From: Lytechinus pictus
Taxonomy: Eukaryota
DNA: 64,000 bases
NCBI RefSeq assembly: GCF_037042905.1
Contig: NC_087252.1
Location: forward strand, 18,974,001 to 19,038,000
Reading direction: 5' to 3'
Both the position numbers and the translations under genes were made by a program. A model generated the notes under the pieces. It saw only the letters and a program-made list of their open reading frames with translations, was not told the origin of the DNA and ran no database searches. Shown in pieces: positions 1 through 12,519 of the stretch (positions are counted from its first letter, which is position 1; the number at the start of each line of letters is the position of its first letter).

Positions 1-1146
1 ATTATTTTAAAACTGATCAGCACCATGAAGCGGATTTTGCAACTTCATTTTTGAATTTTTTCCAAAGCGCTTGCATGCTATACTCTCTCGCGGAAAAGAG
101 CCTATATATCTCAGAAATCACCGAGTTCAAAAGACTCTCCTGTAACCTGTAAATTACTACAAAACATCCAACTACTTCATGCAGAGGGTAGTGTCATGGT
201 AACATGTACGTTTGCACCAAATTGCAAATCTTGACATACTAAGTACTTTATGTCTTTGCCCCCCCCCCCCTCCCCCCCCCCCTCCAAACAAAAATATGTT
301 CAGAGCCGCCCCTGCTTTTACTTTTTAAATGTATGTTAATCTAATTTGTAAAATATTCACGCACAAACACTCTGTATGGGTTATGCTTTTTCAACTGGTT
401 ATTTTTTTTTTTTTTTTTTTTTTTTGGGGGGGGGGTGTAGCCCATTAAAAAAAAACATCTTTCTCATCACAAAATAAGAGATTAAAAAAAAGTGCAGCAT
501 ATTTTTCATTTAGAGAAAATCATAGGTGATCGATCGTGTACGTGTGTACATGCAGTGTATCCTTTGCGTGCATCCGGTGCGTTGGTGTACAAACAAATGG
601 TACCAAACAGCACAGAGGCAGTGCGCGCACACACTGGACATATTTTCAATAAGCTAGGGAGCGAGTTACGCTATAGCAGGAGTTTACAGTTTAAGACCTT
701 AACACACGACCATGGGGTTTCGAAAAGTACCCTAAAACAAGGGAAGCAATTCTTTTCCAGATTATGAAAATGCATCTCTAACAAGTATTTGGCTTGTGAA
801 ACCCTACAAGTATTGGATATATATCCCTTTCTTCAGCATTTTAAACATCGTTTTGACACCCTTATAACGTTACATAGGCCTATACGTAACGTACCTGCCC
901 ACTCTGTATGGTATGGAATATGGAAAGCCATCGTTGCCACAATTCGTATTGCTATACGTATTGTCAATTTCTTATACGTACAGGCATTTTTACTATACGT
1001 ACAGAAATTGTCCAATCAGAAGGCCCCTTTTTTATGGAAAGCCATCGTTGCCACAATTCGTATTGCTATACGTATTGTCAATTTCTTATACGTACAGGCA
1101 TTTTTACTATACGTACAGAAATTGTCCAATCAGAAGGCCCCTTTTT

Positions 1147-1415
1147 AGTATACGTACAGGACGTACACTCTGTACGTATACTAGTTTAACTCTGTACGTA
1201 TACTAGTTAACTCTGTACGTATACGAGTTAACTCTGTACGTATACGAGTTAAGATCTGTACGTATACGAGTTAACTCTGTACGTATACTGGTTATCTCGG
1301 TACGTATACGAGTTAAGATCTGTACGTGTACGAGTTAACTCTGTACGTATACGAGTTAACTCTGTACGTATACTAGTTAACTCTTGTACGTACACGATTT
1401 CGCTCTTGTACGTAT
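1147..1415 (+). repeat. Subterminal ~21-bp tandem repeat (GTTAACTCTGTACGTATACGA), left arm
   Basis: Directly visible array rich in the palindromes GTTAAC, TACGTA and GTATAC; mirrored at ~10222-10520. Confidence 0.9.
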
Positions 1416-2421
1416 AGACGATTGGCCAATCAGCTGCCGTCTTCCATATAGTGTCCTGGAGCATGCATTCTGCACTTGCTATAGCGCCAGCGTCGGCGCG
1501 CTATCGCTGCCATACTCCCATGACTACAGGCCAGGCCATATCCATAGGCAGATCCAAGGGGGGGGGCGAGGGGCCCGGGCTGCCCCTATTGGCGGAGCAA
1601 AAAAGTGAAAAAGAATTAACGGGAAAGAAAGAAAAAAAAGGAAAGAAATGAGGTAAAAAATAAGAGGAGGGAGACAAATGAATGATAAGGTCAGGGGAAG
1701 TCTTTGAAAATGATTTTTGAAAATATTTCATGCCACAATATTAAAGTTTCGCTCGCGCTTCGCGCTCGCACTGCCTTTTAGGTGATTTACATATCAATAT
1801 ACAAAGCATATTTCAGCTCAGACATCGAGTTTTCAATATTTTGTTTGATTTACAAATTGATTTTTTTAAAGTGCTTTGTAAAATGTCCGCTTTATGTTGT
1901 GAATATCATTTGCAGCCTTTTGCGCTGTGCGCTCGCATTATTTGATTTGCCAAGTAGGCCTACGTATTGTCTTTGTTTATTCCATAAGATTCTTTATTGA
2001 TTCTATAACTAGTTAAAATTCCCCTTTTATGACAGTATAAAAAATTTCGTCTCGCGATTTGCACTCGCATTAATTTTTACAAATATATCAACTTATAAAT
2101 CCTAATCATGATTACAAAAGTGCTTAAAATATCCAGTTTTTAGGCCTCAATGTCAACAAATTTCACTTGCTCATTAGGCTTATTACATTAATAAATATAA
2201 TAAAAAAATTCATGAATTTCTAATAACTAAATTGTCCTTTTTTCAGAAAGGAATATTTACAAGTTTCATATCGCATTCAGGATGAGGAATAGGAAGATAG
2301 TCAAATCATTTGTATATGATGACAAAATGTCCTTAGGCCTAGAATGTCCAGGCCCTAGGTCAAAATAATAATAAAAATATCAGCTCGCGCTTCACACTCG
2401 CATCATTTATTAAGTACTATC

Positions 2422-3963
2422 CAGTGGCGTAACAGGCGGGGAGCAGGGGGGGGCAGGCTGCCCCCCTGGCGGATTTCACCGGGAAAAAAAGTGAGGGAGA
2501 GAGAAAGGGAAAGGGGGAGGAAAGGGGAAAAGGAAAGGAAAAAGTGATAAGAAAACGAAGAAAAATATATTTTTAATGGAAAAGGAAGGAAAGCGGGAAA
2601 AGGAACGAAATAACATTTGAGAAAAAACAAATCATTCCGAAACAGCCCTATGTAATGCAATAGCATGAGGGGAAATAAATTAAAAGATGACAAGATGGCA
2701 AACAATAGCGGGTAACGAAGGTAGAATGAAATTAGTCAAAAGCTAAATTGGAAAACGTAGAAAAGGGACAAGAAAAAAAAATTAATAACAAGTCATGACC
2801 GGGCTGCCGAGGATAGAAAATAAAGAGCGGGAAAAAAGATGGACTGAATACAACATTTTGCTATAAGCTTGCTAAATTTTATGCAAATAAGCTACCGGGG
2901 CTTTGCCCCAGGCACACGCAGTAGGGGCTCTTCATCTATAACCTTCAAATGGCTCTATAACGCCCTCATGTAGGAACCCTTCCTAAATTAAGCTTTACTT
3001 CAGTCACTGGCGTACAGGTGCGGTGGAGGAAGGTCTCGGTTCCACACCCAAGAGGAAAAAAAAGAAAGGAATGGAAACAATGAATGTGTTATTTGCTGAA
3101 TATAATGGATATCTATCATTATAATTAAAATTTAATTTCAATAGGCTTTTTTTTCAGCTCGCTTTGCTCGCTGGCGACTTTTTAAACATTTTCCTACATT
3201 GCTATATATGTTATGCCCCCTCAAAATATTTGGTTCAATTGGGTTGAATAACTATGTGTTGTGTAAAAGCTATATTCTGTATATATACCCGCAATTTGAT
3301 TAAAAATAGCGGCAATCTGCGAGGTTTAAATGGCTTTGATATCAAGAAGTTCCGGGGGCTCCAGACGGATCCCAACCGCATAGCACTGTCGTATAGGAGT
3401 ATGGAAGGGTTGGGCCATGGTCCCCAAAAGTTCTACCAAGAAAAAAAGGAGGAAAGAAAAGCAATGGAAATGTGTAGGATATGATTTTATTTACTGAATA
3501 TAATGTCCAAAAATATCTCAAAGTTAAATTCTCATAAATGATATTTTAATTCTCGCTCGCTTCGCTCTCTCGAGACTTATATCAAGACCCTTTTTAGCAC
3601 ATGAGCCATACTGCGCCTCTCGTTATTTTACTCATCGCGCTACAATGTTCACAATGGCATACAGACCACAAAAAAAGGAATGGAAAGAGAGAAGAGTAAA
3701 ATGTAATATTCTCCGGATATCATGTCAAAATCTATCACAAAATTAGATTTTTGTACTAAATATGTCAAAATTTTTGCTCGCTCACTTCGCTCGCAACTTA
3801 AAAAAAAAGAAGATATTCTTCCCGATACGAAATATCTGGCCTTCTCAAAATAGTCGCTTCATTACACCATTACGCCTGTTCATACCATGATATGACCGGG
3901 AAATTTTTGGCTCTTGCCCCCCCCCCCCCTCCCCCCTGGCCACCAACCCCTGTTACGCCGCTG
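2422..3963 (+). mobile_element. hAT-like MITE nested in the left foldback arm
   Basis: Ends CAGTGGCGTAACAGG...CCTGTTACGCCGCTG. Inverted counterparts end at ~9296 (right arm) and ~19014. No clean TSD seen. Confidence 0.55.
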
Positions 3964-5439
3964 ACAATTACGAGTTTATTTCAATAAAATCAGAAAAAGA
4001 GGAAAGAGCTAGAGGATATGGCATCATTGTTTCATCGATTGCATATTCATGGCCTCATGCTGCTCAGTGATATCATCTGCAAAATACAGTGTTAAATTTT
4101 TAATATTCAAGAATTTAGTTATTTTTTATCAGATTTTAATAAAATTTTCAGGAATTTGCTCATCTAATTTTACTCCATTTATTCATATATTGTTGTGTGG
4201 GCTCGGAATACCCCTTTAATTTGGTCGAGGTCTATTCTAAATTAAGGGAAACAAGTTATAAAGGGGAAATTATTCACTAACATTGTCACTATTGGTGCCC
4301 TTGGCACTGTTAGCGATTTGTATTAACATTAGCGCCACTGTTAGCATGGTTAGCTTCTGCTTGGGCATTTCATTGTTAGATTATTAGGAATTCGGCTAAT
4401 ATAAGCTAATGTGAGTTTATCGATACCGATTGGCTTCATGTTAGTGCTCTGTTAGTGAAAACAATGCGTCTAGGCGGTGGTCGCGCGTGAAAGATGTGAC
4501 TGGCCCTACTGATAGCGTTCTGTGCGCAAAGAACGCTTCTGTGCGGCCTCCACAGAAGAAGATAATTGCAACTAGATAATTACTGTGAGCGCGAAGCGCG
4601 AACAGAAATTGTTTGACTTGATCGGAAAGGGACCTGTTAAGGACGTTTTGCAGTTAGCCATTTGAGAAGGCCAGATATTGCGTATCGGGCAGAAGTTATC
4701 TTTTAAAAAAACGTTGCGTGCGAGCGAAGCTAGCGAGCAAATATTTTGACCTTTGTAATACAAAAATCAAATTTTGTGATAGAATTTGACATGATATCCA
4801 GAGAATGATATATTTCACTCTTCTCTCTTTCCATTCCTTTTTTGTGGTCTGTATATATACGCCATTGTGAATAGGATTCTTTGCGGCAGTAGCATGAAGA
4901 GTAAAAAACAAACGAGGGGCGCAGTATGACACATGTGCTAAAAAGCTGCTTAATATAAGTCCCGAGCAAGCGAAGCGAGCGAGGAAAAAAATACTTTTTC
5001 ATGAGAATCAAACTTTGACATATTTATGAAATTATATTCAGTAATGATATCCTACACCTTTCCTTTGTTTTTGGGGCCAATGGCCCAACCCTTCCACACT
5101 CATATACTGTGCGCTTGGGGTCCGGGGTGGAGCCCCCAGAACTTCTTTATATCTAAGCTATTCAGTGGCTGATCCAGGGGGTGGCGCAGGGCGCGCGCGC
5201 CCCTCCTAATATTTGAGAGGTAAAAGAAAGAAAAGGCGCTGCCTGGAAAAAATAAAAAAATAAAGGAAAGAAAAAAAAGGCGCCGCTTAAAAAAATTATA
5301 CACTGATATAATATTAGCAACAGCAAGGAAAGACTATCCCCCAGCAAGGCACAATCATATCATCTTCCTTATCTTTTCTTTTAACTACCCTTTTCCCAAC
5401 AACTTCGCCGGTTAAAAATAAAACGCTGCCTGCATATAA

Positions 5440-6150
5440 CTGGCGCCAATCCAGAATAATCAGCGCCACCTCAATCTAAATCGGCGCCGGACAAGAATAA
5501 TCAGCGCCATTTGGTTATAAATCGGCGCCAGTCAAGAAAAATCGGAACTGCCAGAGTCTTAACCGGCGCCGATCAAGGATAATCTGCGCCACCTAAATCT
5601 AAATCGGTACCATATAAAAATAATCGGCGCCATCTGGTTATAAATCGGCACCGATAAAGAAAAATCGGCGCTGCCTGAGTTCGTAACCGGCGCCGATCAA
5701 GGATAATCAGCGCCACCTATATCTAAATCGGGGCTGGTCAAGAATAATCAGCACCATCTGGTTATAAATCGGCGCTGCATGAGTCTTAACCGGCGCCGAT
5801 CAAGAATAATCAGCTCCACCTAAATCTAAATCGGCGCCGATCAAGAATAATCAGCTCCACCTAAATCTAAATCGGCGCCGGACAAGAATAATCAGCACCA
5901 CCTGGTTAAAATTCGGCGCCAGTCAAGAATAATCGGCGCCTCCTGGTTCTAAGGAATTGCCGCTGCTTGAATCTTACGTGACGTCGGTAAAAATAATCAG
6001 CACTACTTGTTCTAAATCGGCGCCGGTCAAGAATAATCAGCGTCCCCTGGTTCCAATAAATAGGCACCGGTAGAATAATGAAGAAGGGCCTATTGCCAAC
6101 CAAATCTAGATCGGCGCCGCTCAAGAATGATCAGCGGCACCTGGTTATAC
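5440..6150 (+). repeat. GC-rich minisatellite (~30-bp units, TAAATCGGCGCC / AAGAATAATCAGCGCC)
   Basis: Degenerate tandem array directly visible. Confidence 0.85.
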
Positions 6151-6942
6151 ATTTTATTGTTGAATGGTCATAACGAAGCTTATCGCATGCCCTTACAGAG
6201 TGGACTGGGGCGGGGCAGTTGCCCACAGATGTCATGAAATCTTTAATTCATTGAAAAAATCACAGAATCATACAAAAGCGTAGAGCAAATCCTTTAATTT
6301 TAATCTTATTTTCCAATGCTTTAATAAAAAAGGTCAGTCACTTTTCTTCTTTACACATTCCACATTGTGCCACCTCTATGGCCTTTAGTGTAAGACAGCT
6401 ACTATAGTGTTTTAAGAAGATGATTCGATATTTTAGTCCAAAACTTTGCTAAAACCCGTTGCTAGTACCGGGAGTGTATAATTACGCAACCAGTCGTATA
6501 TTGAGATTGAGCTACACAACTCGTTTTTTATTCAAAATCGTGCCCAAATTATCCGCTTCTCAGATTGGAATATAATATAACAATTTTCAGCTCGCGCTCG
6601 CATCATTTATGGAGCAAAACCCCATACTTTTCATGATTAAATATTGTTTTTTAGATACCCATCTTTATCATTGGTACCAAAAATGCATAGAATATCAAGC
6701 TTTCTGGTCAGATTATAAAGAATTTCAGCTCGGCACTCGCATTATCTGTGTAGTGAGATATGTATCCTCCTCATGAGTTACTACAAACAGTCCTAAACAA
6801 GCACCTTTTTCCTGTTTTCAGGTCAGTATACTAAACAATTTCAGCGAGCACTTCGCGCTCGCATTAATTTGTTGGTGAGATATGTGTCTCTATCTCATGA
6901 GTCATGTAAATAAATAAATAAATAAATATATATATATATATA

Positions 6943-7431
6943 TTGTTCTCTTCATCCATTTCTTTACAATATTTACAATGAAAAAGAGTTGCCAAAAACT
7001 GTTGTACATGTATAACTTTACACATTTGTATTTCTTCTCCCATACGTGTACTGCATCGAAGCAATAGCTTTGATCCAGCTGAGGCATGGCGGCTTGTCAT
7101 TGTTCAAAACCCACCTTCACCCGACAAAGGACATTAAAATTGGCATGGTGTCGAAATTCTCTATCGGACGGTCAATCGGATCGGGGTCGCCCTAGCCACA
7201 AACCCGTCTCTGTGGTCTAGTGGTTAAGGCACCGGCGTTCAAAGCTGGAGGCCCGGGTTCAATTCCCGGCAGAGACATTTTTTCTTCATCACCAATTTTT
7301 CCAAAGGGTAGATAGCTCTGGGGAACCTTGATTTAAGCTACGCCTACCTTTGTTCTCTTCATCCATTTCTTTACAATATTTACAATAAAAAAGAGTTGCC
7401 AAAAGCTGTTGTACATGTATAACTTTACACA
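6943..7431 (+). mobile_element. tRNA-containing cassette bounded by 82-bp direct repeats and embedded in (TA)n
   Basis: 6943-7024 and 7350-7431 match except for 2 substitutions; TA microsatellite on both outer sides. Confidence 0.7.
7206..7277 (+). tRNA. tRNA-like gene (tRNA-Glu-like body, anticodon position reads TCA); possibly a SINE head
   Basis: Acceptor GTCTCTG/CAGAGAC, D stem GTCT/AGGC, anticodon stem CCGGC/GCTGG with loop GTTCAAA, T stem CCGGG/CCCGG with loop TTCAATT, discriminator A, then T6 (7278-7283). Confidence 0.7.
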
Positions 7432-7439
7432 CATATACA

Positions 7440-7502
<63 letters not shown>

Positions 7503-10221
7503 TATGTGTGTGTGTGTTTGTGTGAGTTTGTTTGTTTTGTGTGACATGGAGCCTTTGAAAAGATGATTCATGATTTTGCCCCCCAAATCTGAAAAAAGGA
7601 TCGACGCCCCTGTGTATATACATATAGTAATAAAAAAATGTATCTCTATTAATATACAAAAGTAATGGCATCATCGCAACAAAAGGGTTAATACACGAGA
7701 TTTTGAAATCGCACATAACATGCATAATTTGTGTTACTTTTTGCTGTTTCTTTCTTTAATAAGTTTTTCAATCTCTCTATATGTATGTTTTAGAAAGATT
7801 ATATGTTTGAATTGATGTATATTTTCTGTTATAATGAGATATGTTTAAGTTGACTTCAGGGAATGGCCGTGCGCAGCAAGGGGGAGGGGGGGGGCAAATT
7901 CGCGATCTGCTGTTGTGAAAAACATCTTTTTTCCCTTAACCTTTCATGAAAACTATGAAAAATGTGCAAATGTGAGATGTGCACCAAATGTTCGAGTCTT
8001 GCCCCCCCCCCCCCCCCCAGAAATATTATCTGCGTGTGGTCATGCAAAATGGCATGACTGGAAATCCTACATTTTGAAAAGAGCATTTTACAGGGTCAGA
8101 CTTTACCCCTTTTTCAACATTTTCTTTTATGGCGCCGGTGAAGTGTAAAAATATGTGCGCCGCTCGGCAGTGCGCTCCCCCTTTCGCCAAAAGCTGGATC
8201 CGCCTATTTAAACCTCGCAGATTGCCGCTATTTTAATCAAATCGCGGGTATACAGAATATAGCTTTTACACAACACATTTATTCAACCCAGTCGCGTAAT
8301 GAACCAAATATATTTGAGGGGCAATGCTGATAGCAATGTGGGAAAATTTACATCCTACATCCACAGCATGTTGTTTCTACTCTTTCTATTTGTCATTATA
8401 TTGATTTTTTATGTATTGTTTTTTTATTGTTCATATAATATTGTATATTGCACCATTTTAATGGATGTGAGAAAAGTTAATTGAATTGAATTTGTTAAAA
8501 GTCGCCAACGTGCAAAGCGAGCTCGAAAAAATGCCTATTGAAATTAAATTCTAATTATGTGATAGATTTTTCCAATATATTCAGCAATTACACATTTCAC
8601 TATTTCCATTCTTTTCGTTATACGTTGTCTCCTATAATTTCTTTTATTTCCTCTTGGGTGTGGAACCAAGACCCCACCCCCCCCCCTCCCTTCCCCCCGT
8701 GCACCTGTACGCCATTGATTGAACGTGATTGAACGGTGCCGTTATAGAGCCATTTGATGGTTATAGATGAAGAGCCCCTACTGCGTGGGGTCCGGGGCAT
8801 AGCCCCGGTAGCTTATTTGCATAAAATTTAGCAAGCTTATAGCACAGTGTTGCGTGCAGTCCATCTTTCTTACCGCTCTTTTTATTTTCAATCCTCGGCA
8901 GCCCGGTCGTGTTATTATTTTTTTCTTGTCCTTTTGTTTGTTTTCTAATTTAGCTTTTGAATAATTTCATTCTACCTTCGTTTCCCGCTATTGTTTGCCA
9001 TTTTGTAGTATTTTAATTTATTTCCCCTCATGCTATTGCATTACATAAGCCTATTTCGGAATGAGTTGTTCTTTGTCAAATGTTCTTCTTTCGTACCCTT
9101 TCCCGCTTTTTTCCTTTTACATTAAAAAACCCCTTCGTTTTCTTTTTCACTTTATCCTTTCCTTCTCCTCCTTTTCTTTTCCCCTTTCCTCTCACTTTCT
9201 CTTTCTTTCTCTCTCACTTTTTTCTTTTTCCCGGTGAAATCCGCCAGGGGGGGGGGCAGCTTGCTCTCCCCACGCCTCCCGCCTGTTACGCCACTGGGAT
9301 ATCACTTAATAAATGATGCGAGTGCGAAGCGCGAGCTGATATTTTTATTATTATTTTGACCTAGGGCCTGGACATTCTAGGCCTAAGGACATTTTGTCAT
9401 CATATACAAATGATATGACTATCTTCCTATTCCTCATCCTGAATGCGATATGAAACTTGTCGATATTCCTTTCTGAAAAAGGGACAATTTAGTTATCTGA
9501 AAACTGAATATTTTAAGCACTTTTGTAGGATTAGGATTTATGAGTTGATATATTTGTAAAAAAAAAATAATGCGAGTGCAAATCGCAAGACGAAAGTTTG
9601 ATGAACTGTCATAAAAGGGGGATTTTAACTAGTTATAAAATTAATATATAAAGAATCTTATGGAATATAATATGTAGGCCTACTTGGCAAATCAAATAAT
9701 GCGAGCGCACAGCGCAAAAGGCTGCAAATGATATTCACAACATAAAGCGGACATTTTACAAAGCACTTTAAAAAATAAATTTGTAAATCAAACAAAATAT
9801 TGAAAACTCGATGTCTGAGCTGAAATATGCTTTGTATATTGATATGTAAATCACCTAAAAGGCAGTGCGAGCGCGAAGTGCGAGCGAAACTTTAATATTG
9901 TGGCATGAAATATTTTCAAAAATCATTTTCAAAGACTTCCCCTGATCTTATTATTCACTTGTCTCCCTCCTCTTATTTTTTCCTCATTTCTTTCCCTTTT
10001 TTTTCTTTCTTTCCCGTTAATTCTTTTTCATTTTTTTGCTCCGCCAATAGGGGCAGCCCGGGCCCCTCGCCCCCCCCCCCTTGGATCTGCCTATGGATAT
10101 GGCCTGGCCTGTAGTCATGGGAGTATGGCAGCGATAGCGCGCCGACGCTGGCGCTATAGCAAGTGCAGAATGCATGCTCCAGGACACTATATGGAAGACG
10201 GCAGCTGATTGGCCAATCGTC

Positions 10222-10520
10222 TATACGTACAAGAGTGAAATCGTGTACGTACAAGAGTTAACTAGTATACGTACAAGAGTTAACTAGTATACGTACAGAG
10301 TTAACTCGTATACGTACAGAGTTAACTCGTATACGTACAGATATTAACTCGTATACGTACAGAGATAACCAGTATACGTACAGAGTTAACTCGTATACGT
10401 ACAGAGTTAAAATAGTATACGTACAGAGTGTACGTATACTAAAAAGGGCCTTCTGATTGGACAATTTCTGTACGTATAGTAAAAATGCCTGTACGTATAG
10501 CAAAAATGCCTGTACGTATA
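10222..10520 (-). repeat. Subterminal ~21-bp tandem repeat, right arm of the foldback
   Basis: Reverse complement of the array at 1147-1415 plus the adjacent terminal sequence. Confidence 0.9.
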
Positions 10521-11115
10521 GCAATGCGACTTGTGGCAGCGATGGCTTTCCATAACTCTGTCCCCTTTTACGCGTGGTCGCTCCTGGTATCCACTAATCA
10601 ATGGAAGTGGCCCCCCGGGCGGCTTCTCGAGCTCTAGGAGGAGTCAAATGTGGCTTTGGAAAATCGTCCTCAATCGGATATATCGCTGTTACCATAGTAG
10701 CAACCAGAATTTTGCACACGAAACGCATATTGAATGTTTCCGTCGCAGATGCGAAACAAAAAAAAAATCTCATGTCACACAATTTGCATTGCAGGACAGA
10801 GTTTTACGACCATGATGACGGGCCCAAAAAGTATCTTCCAAAATCAACTACCGTCGTAAATAAGTGTGCGCGTCCTCAAACGAAAGGTCGGGATTACCGG
10901 TTGTAACAGGGCCCTTTTTTAGCGCAGTGTTAGCGCAATGCTATGCTAACAGCGTTTCTATGCGGCCAATATAGGTAAGAATAACGCATTTTAAGAAACA
11001 ACAGGAAAATATCTACATGTAAACCTTGGGATTGAAAAGCATTGATTGCACCGTCAAGTTTCTATCAAGTTAAGTATTAAAGAACAATTATATTTCACAC
11101 ATTGTCTCAATGCAG

Positions 11116-11469
11116 TGCATGGACAGTGGCCATCTAATGAGGAATTGAGAATGATTAATCACTTGAAGCCTCTTTGTCTAGGTCTCGCTCCACGACTGAT
11201 GGGGAATGTTATTCTTAAGGCTGAATTCAATGACATCGCATTCGATCTTCTTATGACTGACATTCTCCCTGTGGCCAGACATCTTGGAATTTGTGAGGAT
11301 AAATTATTATCATACAAGAAAGCATTCGATCCACTCCATCTCACGAAAGGAACTGTCGGGTATGTCTCAACTTTAGTGTCTTCATTGAGAAAAAGCAACC
11401 AAAGAGAAGAGTTGTGCAGAAAGCTAAAGCAAGTGGGATTTCCATCCATTGTTCAAAGGAAAATTATGG
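11116..11469 (+). CDS. Exon encoding a death-domain-like helical module
   Basis: AG acceptor at 11114-11115 and GTAAGT donor at 11470, phase 1. Peptide ...DIAFDLLMTDILPVARHLGICEDKL...QREELCRKLKQVGFPSIVQ resembles the death-fold pattern. Confidence 0.6.
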
Positions 11470-11812
11470 GTAAGTCCCTCATTTAATTTTCGATTTTCAG
11501 TTATTAATTTCACATTTGCATAGAAAAACCGACATTTTATTTCAAAGGTAGATGGGCTTGAAATAATACCATTTTATACTGCATTGGTTACAGAGAATAC
11601 AAGCACAAATGTATTGAATTTACAGAAGTCATAGGTCTTAAATAGACCAAAAACAGACAATAATATATTTTTGTACGAAACAGAAATCACATAGTATTAT
11701 CGTAGTCTTGTGTTATTATATTTGCATGTGAAGAAATAAAAACGGATTTATTTTATATATGATCTTTAACAAACCTTTTGTTCTCGTTCTTGTTTTTCCA
11801 TATTCCATAAAG

Positions 11813-12519
11813 AATTTAGAATAACGTATGGCGAACTTTCCGCCATTTTCAAAGAAGTCATGAAACCTGATCCCCGGCCAGAAGAAAGCGCCACTGTTAT
11901 ACAGAAGTCAGACCAAGTAGATGAAGCGGAACCTATGCTTGAGATAAATGATCCATCGGATACGGCAGAAGCTGATACGAACAGTCCCATTATTTCTCGT
12001 AACACTGTGGGCTCTGAAACTAGTTTGGAAGAAGGGATTGATGAAAAATTGCAAAAGGGCCGACCAAACGAAGAGGACTTCTCTGAAAGTGTTGAGGAAA
12101 TTCACCCAACAGAAACATCAGTACAAGTGGGAAGCAACCCCGGCAAAGCAAAATTTTCTACGCTCAGGCAGAAGTCAGGGAAAAACGTTCCCATTTATAG
12201 CAGGAAAAACAGAAAGAATCCCCGACAGCAAGAGAGCAGGCCAAACGAAGTTGTTCCTTTGCTTAAAGAATCGGCAGGAAGAAACTCCAAGGATACAGCA
12301 GAGACGCACGTGAAACTTGAAGTCGGAGGAGCTGAAGCCCCCTCCATGCCCTCAAAAGGAAGAAGCGACACAATCCCCTCTGGTACAGTAATAATACCCA
12401 TAGAAATTAACGTCGGAGAATCTAAAGGGCCCCCTTCAAATAATCTGGATACAACAACGGGTACCAAACAACCGGATGTCGGAAAGGCAGAAGAGCCCAG
12501 TCTGCATCTCAACCGAATT
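11813..12519 (+). CDS. Exon encoding a low-complexity acidic/Ser-Pro linker, cut at a probable inversion breakpoint
   Basis: Polypyrimidine tract and AG at 11811-11812; phase 1 joins in frame with the previous exon and ORF 11860. Peptide character changes abruptly after GAATT at ~12519. Confidence 0.6.

Larger units (their letters stand above)
907..10554. mobile_element. Large non-autonomous foldback DNA transposon (TATGG...CCATA termini, putative 6-bp TSD; IS3EU-like by termini)
   Basis: TATGGAAAGCCATCG at 919/1033 is inverted relative to CGATGGCTTTCCATA ending at 10554. ACTCTG flanks both sides (901-906, 10555-10560). Arms run ~919-3850 and ~4660-5162 plus 8206-10554. No transposase ORF. 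The superfamily call rests only on recalled TAY..RTA termini and 6-bp TSD. Confidence 0.75.

Noticed and set aside
1147..1415. CRISPR-like appearance of short palindromic repeats (also 5440-6150 and 58797-59715)
   Set aside because: The units are contiguous with no unique spacers, there are no cas genes, and the context is eukaryotic.
7206..7277. Selenocysteine tRNA
   Set aside because: It lacks the long variable arm and extended acceptor and D stems of tRNA-Sec.
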